In this document: in pieces, positions 40,515 to 50,301 of the stretch
Layout of the letters: every line of letters begins with the position of its first letter
Position numbering within the stretch: position 1 is the first letter of the stretch
From: Bacteroidota bacterium
GTDB lineage: Bacteria > Bacteroidota > Bacteroidia > B-17B0 > Aurantibacillaceae
Assembly: GCA_020162035.1 (NCBI GenBank)
Contig: JAIUNM010000002.1
Span: 126,533 to 190,532, forward strand
Length of the DNA stretch: 64,000 bases
Reading direction: 5' to 3'
Notes under the pieces: model-generated
The model's database searches: none
Told to the model about the DNA's origin: nothing
What the model saw: only the letters and a program-made list of their open reading frames with translations
Position numbers and translations under genes: made by a program

Positions 40515-41099
40515 ATGAAAATTAAATCTACTTTATTAATTGTATTTTTTATTTGCAGCTTAGGCTTATCTGCACAATACTTTAGCTTAAAACGAACAGA
40601 TTGGACTTTGGGCTTAAGCAGCCATATTGTAGTTGATGGGGGTAAAGAAATGAATTTCCCATTTCAAACTAAAGCTTGGAATTTTGTACCATACCCAAGC
40701 AGATTAACTGCTGAAGCATATTTAGTTAAAGGTTGGAGCGTACAAACAGAACTTGCTTACACGCAATATAAAGTTGGAAACATTTTAGATAATGTAGCAA
40801 CTACAAAATCTGGAACTTATTTTGGATTTGATGCAAACGCAAAATTTGCTATGAGCCATTGGACAAAAAAAAGAGGTTGGTTTGACCCATATTTAACTTT
40901 TGGTTATGGTTATACCATGAGAAGTTTGGCAAAAAACGTACATACAGGCAATAGCAATTTAGGTTTAGGTTGTAATTTTTGGATTTACGAAGGCTTTGGG
41001 CTTAATTTACAAGGCTTAGGTAAATTTGCTTGGAAAGGCGGAACAAAATCTAACTACTCACACTATTCGGTTGCTTTAGTGTATAAGTTTAAACCTTAA
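40515..41099 (+). CDS. Outer membrane beta-barrel protein, paralog of the upstream gene
   Basis: Shares AWNF.YPSRLT, FDPY, NLGLG.NFWIYE, NY.H.SV.LVYK with 39808..40491. Confidence 0.78.
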   Translation: MKIKSTLLIVFFICSLGLSAQYFSLKRTDWTLGLSSHIVVDGGKEMNFPFQTKAWNFVPYPSRLTAEAYLVKGWSVQTELAYTQYKVGNILDNVATTKSGTYFGFDANAKFAMSHWTKKRGWFDPYLTFGYGYTMRSLAKNVHTGNSNLGLGCNFWIYEGFGLNLQGLGKFAWKGGTKSNYSHYSVALVYKFKP

Positions 41100-41120
41100 A
41101 AATTTAAGGCACTAATTTTA

Positions 41121-41154
41121 AATTAAAAAAGCCGCAAAAGCGGCTTTTTTAATT
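41121..41154. terminator. Bidirectional intrinsic terminator
   Basis: Perfect 15-bp stem AATTAAAAAAGCCGC-AAAA-GCGGCTTTTTTAATT between convergent genes. Confidence 0.92.
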
Positions 41155-41169
41155 AATGTAATTTATCTA

Positions 41170-42108
41170 TTACTCTTCTTTTAATCCTTTACCAATTTTA
41201 TTGATTTTGTTATCGCGCTTTAATTCGTTTACAACATTATCTAACACCCCATTTAAAAATAATTTACTTTGAGGAGTACTGTATTCTTTACTAATATCTA
41301 TATATTCGTTTAACGATGCTTTAATTGGAATTGTTGGTATATACATAATTTCAGTTAAAGCCATTTCCATAAGTAACATGTCCATGTTTGCTATACGTTC
41401 TAACTCCCAGTTTTTCGTGTGTTTACCAATTAATTCTTTAAAATCTGCTTTATACATTATTGTTCTATTAAACAATGCGCTCATAAATTCTAAATCATCT
41501 TTTTCATCTTTTAATAAAGGCAATAACGAAAATGCATCTGAAGTTTTATCTAAATTTCTTACAACTGAGTTAAAAGCAACAAATGCATCATCTGCCCAAT
41601 GTAAATTTTTATCTTCAAATAAGGATAATAATACTTCGTTTGTGCTTAATTGTTCGGTTATATAATCTATTAAAAACTGTTTATCTTCTTTAATGGTATT
41701 GATAGAATTTTGCATGTAATTTTTATATAAATCACTTGCTCTTAAATCAAAAAAAAGTTTTCTAATTAAATCAAAATCGTTTTGCCAATTTATTTTTCTT
41801 TTTTCTAAAATATCAGCAAAAGCTTTGTTATTAGACAACTCTAGTAATATAAAATTATTTACAAATTTTAAATTTGGATTTAAATCTTGTTGAGTAGGTA
41901 ATTTTTTATTTTTATTTTCATCAATAATTACAAGCGCAGTATGATGTACATGATTTAATAAACTTAAAATAGTTAAATAAAGCTCATAGATTTTATCAAG
42001 GCTTTTAAACATATCTTTTTCGAACTGTTTTGCATTAGCGTTTTCGTGTTGAAAATACCCGTATAATGCCTGCATTACTTTAATGCGTAAAAACCTTCTG
42101 TTTAACAT
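41170..42108 (-). CDS. nusB: Transcription antitermination factor NusB
   Basis: MLNRRFLRIKVMQALY, NWELERIANMD, SLNEYIDISKEYSTPQS..FLNGVLD. Confidence 0.95.
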   Translation of the reverse strand: MLNRRFLRIKVMQALYGYFQHENANAKQFEKDMFKSLDKIYELYLTILSLLNHVHHTALVIIDENKNKKLPTQQDLNPNLKFVNNFILLELSNNKAFADILEKRKINWQNDFDLIRKLFFDLRASDLYKNYMQNSINTIKEDKQFLIDYITEQLSTNEVLLSLFEDKNLHWADDAFVAFNSVVRNLDKTSDAFSLLPLLKDEKDDLEFMSALFNRTIMYKADFKELIGKHTKNWELERIANMDMLLMEMALTEIMYIPTIPIKASLNEYIDISKEYSTPQSKLFLNGVLDNVVNELKRDNKINKIGKGLKEE

Positions 42109-42112
42109 AAAT

Positions 42113-43216
42113 TTATAGTACTGCGTTAATTCTAGCTATTGCTTCTAATCTTTGTTCTCCTAATCTATTAGCTGCTTTATAAGTTGCAATTTTTTCGGTT
42201 TTTGCTAATTGAAATAAATTAAACGTTGTATCGTAAATTTTTTCGGCATGAGCTAAAGCTCTATCTCTATTATAACCATCTAATTCATAATACACATTAA
42301 TTATACCTCCTGCATTAACTACAAAATCAGGCGCATATAAAATGCCTTTTTTTCCTACCTCTTCGCCATGCTTAACCTCATCAGCTAATTGATTGTTGGC
42401 TGCACCACAAATAACTTTACATTTTAATTTTTGTAATGTATTATCATTAATTGTTGCGCCTAAAGCACAAGGGGCATAAATATCAATATCTAAATCAAAC
42501 ATTTTATCTGCGCTTACAACCTCAGCTTTATATGTATTTGAAACTTGTTTTAATCTTTCTTCGCTTATATCATTTATAAAAACTTTTGCGCCTTCTTTTG
42601 TTAAATGACTTACCAATACTTCGCCCACATGGCCAATTCCTTGAACTAAAACTTTTTTCCCACTTAAACTGTCGCTTCCCCATGTTTCGCGAGCACTTGC
42701 TTTCATGCTTACATAAACACCATAGGCTGTAACAGGACTAGGATCGCCGCTACCTCCCATGTTTTCTGGTAATCCGCTAACATAATCGGTTTCCATTTTA
42801 ATAATTTCCATATCGCGACTAGTCATTGCTACGTCTTCTGCAGTAATGTATTTTCCGCCTAAACTATTTACAAATTTTCCAAATCTTCTTAATAAGGCTT
42901 CGTTTTTTATTTTTTTAGGATCGCCAATAATAACTGCTTTACCACCACCTAAGTTAATTCCTGCTACGCTAGATTTGTATGTCATCCCTCGAGATAAGCG
43001 AAGCACATCAGTTAATGCTTCTGTTTCATTATTGTAATTCCAAAACCTTGTACCGCCTAATGATGGGCCTAAGATGGTATTGTGTACTGCAATAATTGCT
43101 TTAAGTCCGGTAGCATTATCGTTACAAAATAAAATTTGTTCGTGGTTATGAATAGACATTTGTGAAATAACCGGATTAGCAGTTAAATCTATTTGAGATA
43201 AGGTTTTTACTTCCAT
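42113..43216 (-). CDS. Glu/Leu/Phe/Val dehydrogenase (leucine dehydrogenase-like)
   Basis: LGGTRF, RLSRGMTYK, GGGKAVI, YITAED, GDPSPVTAYGV, PCALG, GAANNQL, NAGG. Confidence 0.95.
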   Translation of the reverse strand: MEVKTLSQIDLTANPVISQMSIHNHEQILFCNDNATGLKAIIAVHNTILGPSLGGTRFWNYNNETEALTDVLRLSRGMTYKSSVAGINLGGGKAVIIGDPKKIKNEALLRRFGKFVNSLGGKYITAEDVAMTSRDMEIIKMETDYVSGLPENMGGSGDPSPVTAYGVYVSMKASARETWGSDSLSGKKVLVQGIGHVGEVLVSHLTKEGAKVFINDISEERLKQVSNTYKAEVVSADKMFDLDIDIYAPCALGATINDNTLQKLKCKVICGAANNQLADEVKHGEEVGKKGILYAPDFVVNAGGIINVYYELDGYNRDRALAHAEKIYDTTFNLFQLAKTEKIATYKAANRLGEQRLEAIARINAVL

Positions 43217-43235
43217 AATAGTAATTTTTGCGGTG

Positions 43236-43243
43236 CAAATTTA
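43236..43243 (-). promoter_or_regulatory. Bacteroidota -7 promoter element
   Basis: TAAATTTG on the minus strand, about 20 nt upstream of the dehydrogenase ATG. Confidence 0.55.
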
Positions 43244-43301
43244 GGTTTAATTTTTAACTAATATACTAATTAGCTGTTGATTTGAATTAATTTATTTTTA
43301 A

Positions 43302-45073
43302 TTACTCTACAATAAGTTTAGAGTTATAAATACCCGTTGTTGTTTTAATAGCAACAATGTATATACCATTAGCTAAATTACCAATGTTAACCTCTGTAAT
43401 ATTAAATGATTGTTTATTTAAAACAAGTTGGCCATTAAGGTTATAAATATTAACTTCTTTTATTTTTTGTTTACTTTCTAACTTAATGTTATTTGATGCA
43501 GGATTTGGCCATATTTTAAAATTATTAAATGTAAAATTACTTTGATTAAAATTTGTAGCTGGATTAATAGAACACACGCATTGTGCGTATTTTCCTAACA
43601 TGGCTCTATCTTTTGCGGCATTAGTGTTTGTATTATAAGTATTTGGTAAACTAAAAATAGGCCAATTATAATTTCCGCTTGTAAAGCAGGTTGGGCGATT
43701 AGCACCAAACAAATATAAACTAGTATCGGCAAAATTAATTGCGTTAGTTGGAGATAGAACGCCTTTAATGTTATTACCATATGTAACATTACCATTACCT
43801 ACAATTGTATATAAACCAGTGCTGTTGTTAGTTACTTCGTTTCCTATAAACTGCGTTGTATCTGTTGCTGGTGAGGAGTTCATAAAAATACCATAAAGTT
43901 CGCTTCTGTTTCTGAAAAATGTATTGTAAGGGCCATTTTTATCATGGCTATTATCAATAACTGTGTTTTGATTTATATTCCCTTCAAACAAATTTGCAAA
44001 TGGGTAATTACCGTGTAAAACCAAATCACCTGCACTGTTATTTGGAAAAAAAGACTCATTCCAATAGGGATTAAATGAATAATTGTAGCCTATAACATTG
44101 CCATTTGCGCCAGCTTGTAATAAAACGGAATGTCTTAAATTGTTAAACACATTGTTTTCGATTTTACATTCGCCACTACTAAATTGCAAAACTGTTCCAT
44201 AACCTTGTCCGCCACCACCATAAGCATACGCATGATGAAAATACGAATTAGTTATCTCTATGTTTGAACATCTATTTAATTCGACATGAGCAAAATTTGT
44301 AGAGTCACCTTTTATTCCATTTAACCAACATTGTACAGCTTTATCGTAACTAATTAAAGAAGTTTGACCAGGAGTTGATTCCATTCGTTTTATATCTAAA
44401 CATTCGAATGAAATAACTTTGCGAGGTGTTATTTTAGTAATTTTTGCTTGTAACGATTTTAAATAATTAAACCTAAACGGAGAATAGAATGTGATTTTAT
44501 TTGCATTAATACTTTTTATTTGCATTATTTGACCTATGCTACCAATAGCCCATGTACTTGCTGGCACAAAAGCATTATCAGTAAATTGTACATAAACCCA
44601 ATCGTTTGCATTAAATAAAGTAGAATTGTAAACGTTTACCCAATTACTATCGCGTACACCATTAATTGTAAAATAGGTTGAATCTATTGTATTTTGAGAA
44701 CCAAATATATTTATGCAATTACTTAAAACTGGCCCCATTGTAAATCTTAATTGTGTACTGTCATGCCCTGCGCCTTTAAAAATTATACTATCTCTATTTA
44801 TATTAATTGTTGTTGTAAAATTATAAACCCCTTTAGGGAAATAAATAACACCGCCTTTGTTATTTAAAGCTGTAATTGCATTAGTTAGTGCTAAATTGTT
44901 TGCTGCGCTATTTGTGTTATTACCTCCATAACTCATAATATTAATTGTTTGGTTAAATACAGGTTTAACACCTTTATAGCCGGCATCTGCCCAATTAAAT
45001 TTTTTTATGGAATACTGCCCAAAAGCTAACAATAAGCTAAATTGTAGTAATAAAAAGCAATATGTTTTTTCAT
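43302..45073 (-). CDS. T9SS-secreted parallel beta-helix protein (pectate-lyase-3-like N-terminus); signal peptide out of frame at an A6 run
   Basis: AITAL..KGGVIYFPKGVY, beta-helix repeats, CTD (IWPNPAS...LANGIYIV). The ATG at 45073 needs one more A to read MKKTYCFLLLQFSLLLAFGQ into the 43302..45032 frame. Confidence 0.82.
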
Positions 45074-45295
45074 TTTTAAATAAATGGAATTATAAAATAA
45101 ATTTAAGAAATTATTTGATTAAAATATTAATTACTTAAACTGAAATCAGTTTATTTCTAACAAAGTATTTTACCACTTAAATTTAAAAAAGCGCCAAGTA
45201 ATTATAAGAATTAACCACTTTTAAATTAACTATAATATTTAGCAAAATTGTAATTTACCTTTATAATAGATTATTAAACTTAAAAAAATAGTGTT

Positions 45296-46108
45296 ATGAA
45301 ACTTCAAGTAAATAATGAGCAAAAAATGACAGAGATTATTTTTGCTAATAGAAACAAAGCATACGGAGCATACGAAATACGATCGAGCTATGGCGAAACA
45401 GTTTTTAAATCGCTATTATTTGTTAGTTTAACTTTTTTAATTGTATTTGCATTAGGATATTATTATACACATAAAACAGAAATAACAAATACGGTTGTAT
45501 TAGATCAAATTGTACCAAAAGATATTGTTACCGTAGTTGATATTAAGCCTGAAATTGAAATTGAAAAACCAAAAGCAAAAAATACAGTAATTCCTTCGCC
45601 AGAAAAACAACCAAACACTCAAAGTTTAGGTGCAATTATTAAAGATTCTGTTGCGGTTGAAACAAGCTCTACTGCTTTAAACTCAGAAAACATTAGCACC
45701 TCAACATTAACAGGAAATAGTACAGGAAGTGTAACTGGGAATACGGGTTCATCTGGTGGAACTTCAACAACAAATTTAGTTAATAATGACGCAGTAATTT
45801 TTGCTGATTCTCAACCCGAATTTGAAGGAGGTTTATCTGCATTATATAAATTTATTTCATCAAAAATTGTTTACCCAAATAATGCAAGAGAAGCAGGCAA
45901 AGAAGGTACAGCTTACATAAGATTTATTGTTGATGAGCAAGGTAATGTTACTAATGTAATTACACAAAACAAATTAGGATATGGATTAGATGAAGAAGCT
46001 AAACGTGTAATTGAATTATTACCTAAGTTTAAAAAACCTGGGTACATAAATAAACAACCGGTTAAAGTTTACTATAATATACCTATTAAGTTTACAATGA
46101 GTAAATAA
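45296..46108 (+). CDS. tonB: Energy transducer TonB
   Basis: EIIFANRNKAYGAYEIR, TM segment, low-complexity linker, PEFEGG..IVYP..G..RFIVDEQG..PG..PVKV. Confidence 0.9.
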   Translation: MKLQVNNEQKMTEIIFANRNKAYGAYEIRSSYGETVFKSLLFVSLTFLIVFALGYYYTHKTEITNTVVLDQIVPKDIVTVVDIKPEIEIEKPKAKNTVIPSPEKQPNTQSLGAIIKDSVAVETSSTALNSENISTSTLTGNSTGSVTGNTGSSGGTSTTNLVNNDAVIFADSQPEFEGGLSALYKFISSKIVYPNNAREAGKEGTAYIRFIVDEQGNVTNVITQNKLGYGLDEEAKRVIELLPKFKKPGYINKQPVKVYYNIPIKFTMSK

Positions 46109-46110
46109 CA

Positions 46111-46141
46111 AAAAAAGCCGAACAAATTGCTCGGCTTTTTT
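46111..46141. terminator. Bidirectional intrinsic terminator
   Basis: AAAAAAGCCGA / TCGGCTTTTTT inverted repeat between convergent genes. Confidence 0.88.
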
Positions 46142-46198
46142 AAAATATTATTTTTAATACAAACTATTTTATTACTTGTGTATATGCTTTAGCAGTTG

Positions 46199-46912
46199 TT
46201 ACACACGAATACCTATAACACATACATCATCAACTTGTTCTAAATTACCTCTCCATTGTTCAAATGCTGTTGTTAATTTTTCTTTTTGTTCATCTAATGT
46301 TAAATGACTTGTGGTTAATAACAATTCTTCTAATTGTTTATATTTAAATTTTTTACCTTTTGGTCCACCAAATTGATCGGCAAAACCATCGGTAAATGTG
46401 TAAATTGTATCTCCTTTTTGTAAATCAATTTTTTGTAAAGTAAATGGTTTTAGCTCTTCGCTATATTTACCAACAGGCATTTTATCAGGCTTAAATTCTG
46501 TAATTTGGCCATTTCTAACCAACCATAAAGGATTGTTTGCTGCTGCAAATTCTAATTTATAGTTTTTAAAATCATAAGCGCAAAGCACGCAATCCATACC
46601 GTCTTTACTCTCCTCTTCGCTTCCCTCTGGGTTTAAAGAATCAATAATACCGCGTCGTACATTATCTAAAATTAAGTTTGGGTGGATTAAGTTTTTTTCA
46701 ATTATACTTTCGTTTAATCTTGATATACCCACCATACTCATTAAAGCACCTGGCACACCATGGCCAGTGCAATCTGCAGTACACATGTAAAATATTTCAT
46801 GATTATACCCAGGAGGTTGATGCGCTTGAGCATAATAAAAATCTCCACTTACAATATCTTTTGGTTTGTAAAGGATGAAAAAATTTCTTGTGCTTGTTTC
46901 TGTTTCACTCAT
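46199..46912 (-). CDS. Stand-alone SpoIIE/PP2C-type phosphatase
   Basis: PKDIVSGDFYY, ADCTGHGVPGA, DGMD, TDGFADQFGG, QVDDV. ATG at 46912 preferred; TATTTTTG -7 box at 46951-46944. Confidence 0.85.
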   Translation of the reverse strand: MSETETSTRNFFILYKPKDIVSGDFYYAQAHQPPGYNHEIFYMCTADCTGHGVPGALMSMVGISRLNESIIEKNLIHPNLILDNVRRGIIDSLNPEGSEEESKDGMDCVLCAYDFKNYKLEFAAANNPLWLVRNGQITEFKPDKMPVGKYSEELKPFTLQKIDLQKGDTIYTFTDGFADQFGGPKGKKFKYKQLEELLLTTSHLTLDEQKEKLTTAFEQWRGNLEQVDDVCVIGIRV

Positions 46913-46963
46913 GATATAAAAATATATAAAAAAAATAGAACTACAAAAATATATAATCAATAA

Positions 46964-48448
46964 TTACCAATTACTGCTTGCACCACCTCCGCCTGACCTT
47001 CCGCCTCCACCAGAATAACCCGAATTTGAAGAAGAACTTGAACTACTACTTGATGAAGATGAACTTGAACTACTTGATGAACGAGATGAAGAATATTTTG
47101 AACCTCCACTTCCTCCTCCACCTCCTTGAGGTAGCCAATTAAATAATTTAGAATTAAAACAGTTTTTATTTATTTTATTAACTAAAACTATCCCTATTAT
47201 TTGAGTTGTTGCAAGAAATATAAAAATAATTACTTCGTAAGTAGTACTAAATTCAAGATAACTATCTATAAAAGCAATATAAACCATTTCGAAGGTCATT
47301 AAACTAAGGTAGGCATAGGTATTAGATATAGACAATAAAATTCCTAATAGTATTTTAGTAAATGTAATTTTATTATTTACAACATTATTTTGTTTTGTTG
47401 GTTTTGTTACTTTATAAATAATATAAAGCAATATACATAATCCAATTAAAATTGATATTACATATAACAAAAATCTAAAATTATTTTGAAAACCTTCATA
47501 TTCTTGGTTAATTAAAAAAGTACATGTGTCAATTAAACCAATTGTAGATAATTTTAAGGTAAGTTTATCGGTTTCATCATATAATTGTTTATTTAAATAA
47601 CTGTGATATTTTGAATAATGTGTGTAATACACTATTTCATATGTTTTTTTTGTTTGATCAAATTTTAATAGTGAATCATTAGAATCTATGTAGTATCCTG
47701 GATTACAATTAATTAATAATAAAGCTGTATCAAATTTAGAATTGTACCTTTTTTGAATTATTACAGAATTAGAATAATTACTGTTATCTAATTTGGTTAT
47801 AACAACTGAACCTTTTTTATTTAAAAATTTTTTCAAATTATTTTCGAATGTTTGCTTTTGCTCGTCTGTAAATATTTGCGCATAATCAAATACTCTATTA
47901 TTAGTAGATTCAATTTTTATTTTATTTAAAGGTTTATAGCCAACATTTTCTTTACTAATTAAATTTAAAATAGAAAAACAACCATTTTTAATTGCTTTAT
48001 AATAGTTGCCATTTTTAAGTTCTGGCACCATAATATCTCTTTCAATTTTAGCACAAATTAAATCGGGTAAAGCTCCTTCAAGGCCATAACCTGTATGTAT
48101 TCTTAGTTTTCTGCCTACAGCATCAATATTAGATCCTGCAATTATTACTAAAACACCATTATCTAATCCTTTTTGTCCGGGTTGCCACTTTTCAAACAAT
48201 TTTTGTGAGTAATCTTCTATGGTTAAATTGCCTAAATAATTTGTTGGAATACAAATCACCATTAATTGATTTGAATTAGCATCATATTCTTTTTTTATTT
48301 CAAATGCAATGTTTTCAATTTCATCGTTTGTTAATAGGTTTTCAAAGTCGCTTACAACTTTTAAAGTTGGCTCTGGAATAAATGCGTTTTGAGTAAAGCA
48401 TATATTAAAAGCACATATTAATAGAAAAGTTATAATTTGTTTTAACAT
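46964..48448 (-). CDS. TPM-domain membrane protein with Gly/Ser-rich tail
   Basis: KWQPGQKGLDNGVLV, RIHTGYGLEGALPD; second degenerate VFDYAQIFT repeat; TM helices; poly-Ser and GGGGRSGGGGASSNW end. Confidence 0.88.
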   Translation of the reverse strand: MLKQIITFLLICAFNICFTQNAFIPEPTLKVVSDFENLLTNDEIENIAFEIKKEYDANSNQLMVICIPTNYLGNLTIEDYSQKLFEKWQPGQKGLDNGVLVIIAGSNIDAVGRKLRIHTGYGLEGALPDLICAKIERDIMVPELKNGNYYKAIKNGCFSILNLISKENVGYKPLNKIKIESTNNRVFDYAQIFTDEQKQTFENNLKKFLNKKGSVVITKLDNSNYSNSVIIQKRYNSKFDTALLLINCNPGYYIDSNDSLLKFDQTKKTYEIVYYTHYSKYHSYLNKQLYDETDKLTLKLSTIGLIDTCTFLINQEYEGFQNNFRFLLYVISILIGLCILLYIIYKVTKPTKQNNVVNNKITFTKILLGILLSISNTYAYLSLMTFEMVYIAFIDSYLEFSTTYEVIIFIFLATTQIIGIVLVNKINKNCFNSKLFNWLPQGGGGGSGGSKYSSSRSSSSSSSSSSSSSSSSSSNSGYSGGGGRSGGGGASSNW

Positions 48449-48536
48449 TATAAAATATTAATATATTTTAAATAAAGATGCGTAAATATTTGTTAATTAC
48501 AAATAAAATTAAAAATGAATACTGTAAATTTAAACA

Positions 48537-49262
48537 ATGATTTTGCGTGGTGAAAATTTAGTAAAACGTTACAAAACAAGAACTGTTGCTAATAACGTAA
48601 GCATTGAGGTTAAACAAGGTGAAATTGTTGGTTTACTTGGCCCAAATGGCGCGGGTAAAACCACATCTTTTTACATGATTGTTGGAATGGTTAAACCAAA
48701 CAGTGGGAAAATTTTTTTAGATGATAAAGAAATAACTCATGAACCTATGTATAAACGAGCGCAATTAGGAGTAGGTTATTTACCGCAAGAAGCATCTGTT
48801 TTTAGAAAATTAAGTATTGAAGATAATTTAAAGGCCGTTTTACAAATGACCAAATTAACTGCAAAAGAACAAAACTTAAAAGTAGAAAGTTTGCTAGATG
48901 AGTTTGCATTACACCATGTAAGAAAAAACTTAGGCGATCAGTTAAGCGGGGGCGAAAGAAGACGAACAGAAATTGCTAGAGCTTTAGCAACTAGTCCTAA
49001 ATTTATTTTGTTAGATGAGCCCTTTGCAGGTGTTGACCCCATTGCGGTTGAAGACATTCAAACAGTGGTAAGAAAATTAAAAGAAAAAAATATTGGAATT
49101 TTAATAACCGATCATAACGTTCATGAAACGCTTAGTATTACAGATAGAGCATATTTACTATACTCCGGTAGCGTTATTAAAAGTGGAACTGCCGAAGATT
49201 TAGCTAATGATGAGCAAGTAAGAAAGGTTTACTTGGGTCAAAATTTTGAATTAAGGAAGTGA
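48537..49262 (+). CDS. lptB: LPS export ABC transporter ATP-binding protein
   Basis: [62 protein letters not shown]. Confidence 0.97.
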   Translation: MILRGENLVKRYKTRTVANNVSIEVKQGEIVGLLGPNGAGKTTSFYMIVGMVKPNSGKIFLDDKEITHEPMYKRAQLGVGYLPQEASVFRKLSIEDNLKAVLQMTKLTAKEQNLKVESLLDEFALHHVRKNLGDQLSGGERRRTEIARALATSPKFILLDEPFAGVDPIAVEDIQTVVRKLKEKNIGILITDHNVHETLSITDRAYLLYSGSVIKSGTAEDLANDEQVRKVYLGQNFELRK

Positions 49263-49353
49263 TTAACTTCTTTTTAACCCTCAATATATTCTCTGTTTTT
49301 AGTAATGTTTTTCAAGTAATTTTATGTAATCAATACATAATTTTGAACTAAAA

Positions 49354-49384
49354 TTTGTCTATTAAGTAATTTGTGTTATATTTG
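49354..49384 (+). promoter_or_regulatory. Bacteroidota housekeeping promoter, about 226 nt upstream of the protease ATG
   Basis: TTTG (49354-57), 19-nt spacer, TATATTTG (49377-84); exact consensus spacing. Confidence 0.7.
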
Positions 49385-49512
49385 ACTTAACAAAATGTAT
49401 ATCAAGAAAAAGAAATAAAAAAATCACATATCAATAGCGTTTTTAGCTTAAATCTAAATCAAAAAACCGCGAATTTTTTGACTTCCAAATACAATACGAT
49501 TAAAGTAAAAAA

Positions 49513-49596
49513 ACGCCCGAAAGGGCGTATGTTTTTATTGTTCGTATTGTGGGTGCTTCGCGGTTACCTTGATTTGAACTTAAGAATAATACGCCC
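49513..49596 (+). promoter_or_regulatory. Structured 5' leader with alternative pairings
   Basis: ACGCCC-GAAA-GGGCGT hairpin (49513-28). GGGCGTAT (49523-30) is also perfectly complementary to ATACGCCC (49589-96). Confidence 0.5.
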
Positions 49597-49610
49597 AAAC
49601 TTTAAACATT

Positions 49611-50195
49611 ATGAAATCTATTATTAAATTAACAACAACATTAGTTCTAACTAATTTTTTATTAAAATCTCAAACAACAAGCTATGGATTAGTCAATAAA
49701 TTGAATGAGACGATAACAAGTGCCACTGATACCGCTAATTTGGCACCTATTGTTAAGGCTGCTCCCAACACATACGTTGTTAGTACAAATAACAAAGTTT
49801 CCTCAACTCAAAACGATATTAAAACCACTTGTTTAAATGGAAATATAGCAGTACAGTGGAGTCAACAACATAATGCAGGGGTTAATAAAGCGTTTAGCAC
49901 TGCCAATGCAAGAGATAATGCCGGGAATATTATTGTGGTTGGAAGTACAAACACTGGAGGGATAAATGGTCAGGATATCACTGTAATTAAATACGCACCA
50001 TCAGGTGGTATACCCATTTGGGTCAAATATTATAATGGACCGGGCAACAGTTATGACGTTGCTTCTTCACTAGTTGTAGATGCCGCAAACAATATTTATG
50101 TTACTGGAGCAAGTGTTGGAGGTTTTTTTCAACAAATAGATTATGTGACTATTAAGTTTAATTCAAACGGAACGCAACTATGGGCTTCTTTCTAG
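49611..50195 (+). CDS. N-terminal fragment of the split protease gene (signal peptide + SBBP repeats)
   Basis: MKSIIK...KSQ signal peptide; WVKYYNGPGNSYDVASSLVVDAANNIYVTG repeat; premature TAG. Confidence 0.6.
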   Translation: MKSIIKLTTTLVLTNFLLKSQTTSYGLVNKLNETITSATDTANLAPIVKAAPNTYVVSTNNKVSSTQNDIKTTCLNGNIAVQWSQQHNAGVNKAFSTANARDNAGNIIVVGSTNTGGINGQDITVIKYAPSGGIPIWVKYYNGPGNSYDVASSLVVDAANNIYVTGASVGGFFQQIDYVTIKFNSNGTQLWASF

Positions 50196-50301
50196 ATACA
50201 ATTTTAGCAACGGAATTGATATTCCGACAGGAATTTGCCTTGATAATTCTGGAAATGTAGTTGTTAGTGGAAGCAGTTCGTCTAATTCCTTTAATAGTAA
50301 T

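Noticed and set aside
45229-45243. ACTA-N7-TAGC upstream of tonB as a third operator site
   Set aside because: One arm is mismatched, it is a single copy, and such matches are likely by chance at this AT content.
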